Below, piece by piece: positions 59,074 through 64,000 of a stretch of 64,000 bases of DNA. Numbering within the stretch: the stretch's first letter is position 1; the number at the start of each line of letters is the position of its first letter. The notes below the pieces were generated by a model, which saw nothing but the letters and a program-made list of their open reading frames with translations, did not search any database and was not told where the DNA came from. The translations under genes were made by a program, and so were the position numbers. Source of the stretch: Lachnospiraceae bacterium (lineage in GTDB: Bacteria > Bacillota > Clostridia > Lachnospirales > Lachnospiraceae); contig JAFLTF010000004.1 of the NCBI GenBank assembly GCA_022510585.1, positions 508 through 64,507 of the forward strand, read 5' to 3'.

Positions 59074-59835
59074 TTAAATTCTGACAGAAATCCCTCTTTC
59101 CCGTAGGTAATTCTTTAAATCCGAAATCTCCATTTCTTTAAAATGGAAAAGAGATGCTGCCAGTGCTGCATCCGCCTTTCCTTTGGTAAAAGCATCATAG
59201 AAATGTTCCATCTTTCCGGCGCCGCCGGATGCAATGACCGGAATCGATACATTCTCGGAAATCATTCTGGTTAAATCCAGATCATATCCGGCTTTCGTTC
59301 CGTCTCCGTCCATACTGGTCAAAAGGATCTCTCCGGCTCCCAGTTCATCCGCTTTCATTGCCCATTCTACGGCATCAATTCCCATGTCGATACGACCGCC
59401 GTTTTTATAGATATTCCATCCGTTCCCGTCCTCACGCCTCTTTGCATCAATTGCCACAACCACACATTGACTGCCGAATTTATCGGCAGCATCAGAGATC
59501 AAACGAGGATTCATAATGGCTGCGGAATTCACGGAAACCTTATCCGCACCTTCTCTGAGAATCGCTTTAAAATCGTCCACCGTACGAATTCCACCGCCCA
59601 CAGTAAACGGGATGAAGACCTTTTCTGCCACCTTCCTGACCATTTCCACCGCTGTTTCTCTGGATTCCGAAGAAGCCGTGATGTCCAAGAATACAAGTTC
59701 ATCAGCGCCGGATCTGTCATAAGCCGCACCTACTTCTGCAGGATCTCCCGCATCCTTAAAATTAATAAAATTAATACCTTTTACAACTCTGCCGTTCTTC
59801 ACATCCAGACAGGGAATAATTCTTTTTGTATGCAA
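59074..59835 (-). CDS. hisF: Imidazole glycerol phosphate synthase cyclase subunit
   Basis: [52 protein letters not shown]. Confidence 0.97.
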   Translation of the reverse strand: MHTKRIIPCLDVKNGRVVKGINFINFKDAGDPAEVGAAYDRSGADELVFLDITASSESRETAVEMVRKVAEKVFIPFTVGGGIRTVDDFKAILREGADKVSVNSAAIMNPRLISDAADKFGSQCVVVAIDAKRREDGNGWNIYKNGGRIDMGIDAVEWAMKADELGAGEILLTSMDGDGTKAGYDLDLTRMISENVSIPVIASGGAGKMEHFYDAFTKGKADAALAASLFHFKEMEISDLKNYLRERGISVRI

Positions 59836-60477
59836 TCATTTATCCTCCCGAACACTCCCCGCACTTTCATCCGAAATGTTCAAAAAGTTTTTTAAGATGG
59901 TCATGCCCACCTCGGAACTTTTTTCCGGGTGAAACTGGCAGGCAAACACATTATCCTTTTCTACCGCAGCATGGATATTGACACCATATTCCGTGGATGC
60001 TGTTACGATCTCCGGTTCCCTCGCCTGAAGATAATAGGAATGCACAAAATACACATATGCTCCCTCCGGTATGTCCCGAAACAACCTGCCCTGATTTGGA
60101 AAGTGCAGGGAATTCCACCCAATATGCGGAATCTTTAAATCATTTTGTTCCGGGATCCTTACGATTTTCCCCGGTAGAATACCAAGCCCTTTTACACCGG
60201 CACTTTCTTCACTACTTTCAAATAACAACTGTAATCCAAGGCAGATTCCCAAAAAAGGGGTTCGATGATCAACTACCTCTTTAATCACTTCTATCAAAGT
60301 ATACCGTCGAAGCCTCTCCATAGCATCCCCAAAAGCGCCTACTCCCGGTAAAATCACATGGTCTGCTGCTAAAATCGTATCTGCTTCTCTGGTCACCACA
60401 GCATTCTGCCCCAAAGAAAACACTGCCTTTTCCACGCTTTTTATATTACCGGCGTCATAGTCAATTATAGCTACCAT
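59836..60477 (-). CDS. hisH: Imidazole glycerol phosphate synthase glutaminase subunit
   Basis: IDYDAGN, LPGVGAF, GICLG.Q, PHIGWN, YFVHSY, QFHPEKS. Confidence 0.97.
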   Translation of the reverse strand: MVAIIDYDAGNIKSVEKAVFSLGQNAVVTREADTILAADHVILPGVGAFGDAMERLRRYTLIEVIKEVVDHRTPFLGICLGLQLLFESSEESAGVKGLGILPGKIVRIPEQNDLKIPHIGWNSLHFPNQGRLFRDIPEGAYVYFVHSYYLQAREPEIVTASTEYGVNIHAAVEKDNVFACQFHPEKSSEVGMTILKNFLNISDESAGSVREDK

Positions 60478-62853
60478 CTATGATTCTCCCGCATCCGCTT
60501 CATCCGATAGTCCGTCGATGATCTCCTGCTCTTCCGGCAGGATATCTTCTATACCGGCACTCTCAGGCTGCTCTTCTTCCTCCTCTTCCGCACCGATACC
60601 GTCATCAAAACTGATACCGTATACAATGGATGTCAAACATCTTGTATATGTTGCATCATCCTCGGAATCTAAGATTACAATAACATCTGTTTCTGAAAGA
60701 CCGTATTGTGTAGATAAAGTTTCCAATATTTCTTGATAAATATCTTCGATTTCACCTGTTACATTATATTCCCCTGCCTGAGGTAACAGTTCATTATATA
60801 ATGCAACACCCTGGACCAGAGCATCTAACGCTTCTAATTCCATATCCGCAAGTTTCTGATAGTTACGGTAAGAAGCAAGTTTTCGTTCCAGTGTCATAAT
60901 AATAGTACTCTTATGTAAAAGCACCTCATCTTCTTCATCCAAATTCTTACCGTATAGTAAATCAAAAGTTTCTTCATAATTACCCATGTCAAAGGCAACA
61001 CGCGCATCCCGCTTCTGCAAGAAACTTGGCAAAACAGTAGCCAGTAGTATTATTACAACTGTTATTGTTGCACAGAAAAGAATAACAGGTGTGACTTTTT
61101 TCTTGGAAAGTTTCTTGTCAGGTACTACATCAACACTTTCTGCTTCCGCTTTAGCAGCCTTAGCAGCTTCTTTTGCGGCTTTCTTTTGCTCTTTCTTGAG
61201 CCTTTTCTTCTTTGCTTTTTCAGATTCTCCTCCGCCTTCTTCATCAGATGAATCTGCTTTTTTATTCTTTTTCCCTTTCTTTTCCTTTTTCCCTTTTTTC
61301 TTCTTTTCTTCCTTCTCTTTCTCTTTTGCTTTTTCATTATCGCTCTGCTTATCTTCATCGCTTAATTCTGCCAAGAGCTCTTGATTTTCATCTGACAATT
61401 CCCCCAAGGAAACATTTTCTTTTTCTATTTCCTCATCTTCTTCCGATTCAGTCAAATATGCAAGAAATCTTGCAAAAAATCCCGGTTTTTTCTGAGTTTC
61501 GACCCCGGATTCTTCGGAATCACTACTGTTTTTGCCATCTTTTCCTGCAATTTCATCCTGTTGCTCGGTATCAACATCTGTTCCCTTTGCTTTCTTTCTG
61601 CCTCTTTTTCTTTCCTTTCTCTTCTTCTTACTTTCCTGAGGCTGTTCCTCTGTTTCCTCTGAATCCGCTATTAGATCATTGAGTTCAGCACTTCTTTTTT
61701 TATCTTCATCATCCTGAAACAAATCAAATCCCGAGCCATCCATTCCGTCCGGATCATCCCCTTCAGAATCGGAGACGCTCTCTAACAGAGCCAGCATTTC
61801 ATCATCTATCTCATCATCCTGCCCAGCTTGGTCCAAAAGATCATCCAACTCTCCAAAATCATCGTCGCTACTGCCATCCATTACATCATTTGACATCTCA
61901 TCAAATCCGGATTCATCTAATGCGATATCATCAAGACCTGACTCTTCCAAAACGATATCATCAAGATCTGATCCTTCCAAAGCAATATCATCAAGGCTTG
62001 ACTCTTCCAAAGCAACATCATCAAGGCCTGACTCTTCCAAAACGATATCATCAAGATCTGATCCTTCCAAAGCAATATCATCAAGGCTTGACTCTTCCAA
62101 AACGATATCATCAAGGCCTGACTCTTCCACTGCTGCATCCTCAGGACCGGTTTCTTCTACCAACATTTCTTCCATTCCCGATTCCTCCAATGCAATATCA
62201 TCAAATCCTGCATCATCCAATGCAACATCATCAGGAACTGCTCCTTCCATTGCTACATCTTCAGGACCGGTTTCTTCTACCAACATTTCTTCCATTCCCG
62301 ATTCCTCCAATGCAATATCATCAAAATCTACACTATCTAACACAACATCATCCAATCCGTTTTCATCTACTGCCACATCATCCAATCCGGAATTTTCTAA
62401 ATCGATAGAAGGTATTTCAGGTTCCTCCAGTACCATTTCATCCATAACGCCTTCTTCAAAAAGCCCACCTTCTGATTCAACAGTTTCTGATTCCAGGATA
62501 TCCTGCAAATCAGGATCTGCCAATTCAGACATATCATCCAAATTGAGCTCTTCCATCTCTGAATTCTCCGATAAAATTATTTCATCTATATTCAAATCCT
62601 CCGGCAAAGATAATGTCTCTAAGTCAACGTCATCATTACTCATAACAATATCGTCTGTTATTTCATCTATGGAAACACTTTCATCCTCAAATATCTCTTC
62701 AGTTTCTGCATTTTCCGGTTCTTCCCCGGTCAACATTTCAATTGCACTTTTAGGCTTATCCGAACTATCCAATTCATCTTCAGAAGGCTTGGCAACTTCT
62801 CCGTTCATCATAGCCTGTAACAAATTCTCTAAATATTCTTCGCTTGAACTCAT
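60478..62853 (-). CDS. Large acidic repeat-containing single-pass membrane protein, function unknown
   Basis: Long D/E-rich N-terminal half, K-rich stretch, one TM (VTPVILFCATITVVIILLATVL), helical C-terminal domain; start at MSSSEEY behind GGAG. Confidence 0.8.
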   Translation of the reverse strand: MSSSEEYLENLLQAMMNGEVAKPSEDELDSSDKPKSAIEMLTGEEPENAETEEIFEDESVSIDEITDDIVMSNDDVDLETLSLPEDLNIDEIILSENSEMEELNLDDMSELADPDLQDILESETVESEGGLFEEGVMDEMVLEEPEIPSIDLENSGLDDVAVDENGLDDVVLDSVDFDDIALEESGMEEMLVEETGPEDVAMEGAVPDDVALDDAGFDDIALEESGMEEMLVEETGPEDAAVEESGLDDIVLEESSLDDIALEGSDLDDIVLEESGLDDVALEESSLDDIALEGSDLDDIVLEESGLDDIALDESGFDEMSNDVMDGSSDDDFGELDDLLDQAGQDDEIDDEMLALLESVSDSEGDDPDGMDGSGFDLFQDDEDKKRSAELNDLIADSEETEEQPQESKKKRKERKRGRKKAKGTDVDTEQQDEIAGKDGKNSSDSEESGVETQKKPGFFARFLAYLTESEEDEEIEKENVSLGELSDENQELLAELSDEDKQSDNEKAKEKEKEEKKKKGKKEKKGKKNKKADSSDEEGGGESEKAKKKRLKKEQKKAAKEAAKAAKAEAESVDVVPDKKLSKKKVTPVILFCATITVVIILLATVLPSFLQKRDARVAFDMGNYEETFDLLYGKNLDEEDEVLLHKSTIIMTLERKLASYRNYQKLADMELEALDALVQGVALYNELLPQAGEYNVTGEIEDIYQEILETLSTQYGLSETDVIVILDSEDDATYTRCLTSIVYGISFDDGIGAEEEEEEQPESAGIEDILPEEQEIIDGLSDEADAGES
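61890..62400. repeat. Coding tandem repeat, 30-nt unit (about 17 imperfect copies)
   Basis: Unit like AACGATATCATCAAGNCCTGACTCTTCCAA; 61951-62010 is identical to 62041-62100 and 62141-62205 is identical to 62261-62325. Confidence 0.92.
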
Positions 62854-62930
62854 AATCTCTCTCCAACCATAATTTGTATTCAAATATAATCCTTTTTGGA
62901 ACTATTTCTGTTATTTTATCATATAATGAT

Positions 62931-63740
62931 TCATTTAACAAATCCATTTACTAAAAAACTGACAGGATTTTCTTTTATACCGTTTCCTCTACCTCCTATT
63001 TTTTCTCCAAGCTGATATAATGACGGATGAATACGGTATAAAAAAGACTTTTGATTATAGTATATAATCTTCTCAAATGGCCATCTGATAACTGTCGGTA
63101 ATTCCATACCCACGCCCAATTCAATAACACATATTTTTTTATTCACGGTCCCTTGAAGCCATTTTGTATAACGCTCCCATTGCTGCAAATATCCTTTCTC
63201 AGCATAATTCTCTGTTCCTAACTGATTAAATCGTTTCTTTTTTCCGCATTGTTCACAAATTGGTTCCTGTAATTCTTCCAAGATCTCATTCCTATTAAAA
63301 TATGATTTTACTTTCTTATATACTTCTTCATCAAAATCCAGAAGTCGGTCATTACAGTTGCCATCACACTGCATCTTACGAAATCCACCGCAGGGTGTTA
63401 CAATTCTTTCTTCCTGAAAATCATACTGATAAATGCAGTCGTCTATAACAGTAGAAATAATAAAATAATTCTTATCCTTTACCAGCTTACCTAAATTTCT
63501 ATATGCTTCAGTCAATTGTTGATCGGGATATTCCTCCAATGCCATCTTTTGCAAAAAAGGGATGATCCAGTGATATGTCTCTTCCTGCCCGGTTTCTCTT
63601 ATTTCGCTTTCTATTTCTCGATATCGTTCATTTTGTTCCAGAATGTCCCAATTATATTGAAACTTTTCTCCAATTCCAATCAGGATCATCTCGGCATCCT
63701 GGCACCTTCTTAATATCTCTGAATATGTATGCTCCGCCAT
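62931..63740 (-). CDS. Degenerate Sir2-family (class M-like) protein
   Basis: MILIGIG, KNYFIIST, QCDGNC..CEQC zinc motif, ELGVGMELPTVIRWPFE. Confidence 0.7.
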   Translation of the reverse strand: MAEHTYSEILRRCQDAEMILIGIGEKFQYNWDILEQNERYREIESEIRETGQEETYHWIIPFLQKMALEEYPDQQLTEAYRNLGKLVKDKNYFIISTVIDDCIYQYDFQEERIVTPCGGFRKMQCDGNCNDRLLDFDEEVYKKVKSYFNRNEILEELQEPICEQCGKKKRFNQLGTENYAEKGYLQQWERYTKWLQGTVNKKICVIELGVGMELPTVIRWPFEKIIYYNQKSFLYRIHPSLYQLGEKIGGRGNGIKENPVSFLVNGFVK

Positions 63741-63796
63741 CTTTTCTTATGCCTCTAATCAGAAATAGCTTGTTCCGCCATAACTATTTCATGCTA

Positions 63797-63822
63797 AATA
63801 AAAGCCGGGAAGTTCCCGGCTC
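63797..63822 (-). terminator. Intrinsic terminator downstream of cheV
   Basis: Minus strand AGCCGGGA-act-TCCCGGCT followed by TTTATTT. Confidence 0.75.
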
Positions 63823-63870
63823 CTATTCATAACATTCGTGAATTCAGAAAACGTGTTTTGAATCTTCTGA

Positions 63871-64000
63871 TTATAATACCAAATCATCAACCACTCTTAC
63901 CAGATTACCGATCTCCGGTTTGGATAACTGGGCATCAGCGCCCAAAGCAACTCCCTTTTTCTTCATTTCTTCATTTACAAGAGAGGAAAAGATAATAACC
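63871..64000 (-). CDS. cheV: Chemotaxis protein CheV, 3' end (receiver domain)
   Basis: Manual translation ...VIIFSSLVNEEMKKKGVALGADAQLSKPEIGNLVRVVDDLVL*, a typical CheV receiver C-terminus. Confidence 0.85.
   Translation of the reverse strand, partial: VIIFSSLVNEEMKKKGVALGADAQLSKPEIGNLVRVVDDLVL

Noticed and set aside
61890-62408. 30-nt periodic array as a CRISPR array, or the plus-strand ORF of RYHQDLTLPK repeats as a real gene
   Set aside because: Units are contiguous with no unique spacers, are a multiple of 3, lie in frame inside the minus-strand gene, and no cas genes are present; the plus-strand ORF is a shadow of the repeat
62931-63740. Sir2-based anti-phage defence system
   Set aside because: No HerA, pAgo, TIR or other defence partner adjacent; motifs match a degenerate class M-like sirtuin in a housekeeping context

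Overview
Core chromosomal segment of a spore-forming, motile Clostridia-class bacterium; gene content and order look Lachnospiraceae-like (inference). Genes are densely packed and mostly on the minus strand. Content: ytfJ/ytfI-like sporulation genes, pepP-like peptidase, deoC, citrate synthase, thrC, two peptidoglycan hydrolases, apbE plus a complete rnfCDGEAB operon, a tetR-rpiR-HI0933-cmk-ispH-rpsA-cheR run, a five-gene biotin-dependent Na+-translocating decarboxylase cluster, dacB/scpBA/dacF, rpsU, tmcAL, plsC/cls, a GH13 enzyme, feoAB with a DtxR/MntR regulator, a MATE transporter, DUF711/ACT, an FtsA-like ATPase, coaE, polA, tRNA-Leu(CAA), lysA, ung, hisFH, a large acidic repeat membrane protein, a degenerate sirtuin and the 3' end of cheV. 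I found no CRISPR array, integrase, transposase, prophage or defence system. The best leads are: (1) an AP2 / apparently dead HNH / AP2 protein that looks like a domesticated homing endonuclease, (2) an acidic decapeptide-repeat membrane protein downstream of cheV that resembles polar landmark proteins, (3) a decarboxylase cluster carrying two different carboxyltransferases for one Na+ pump, (4) an FtsA-like ATPase with four beta-grasp-like repeats, and (5) structured leaders at thrC and rpsU. All calls come from reading motifs by eye; no database search was run.
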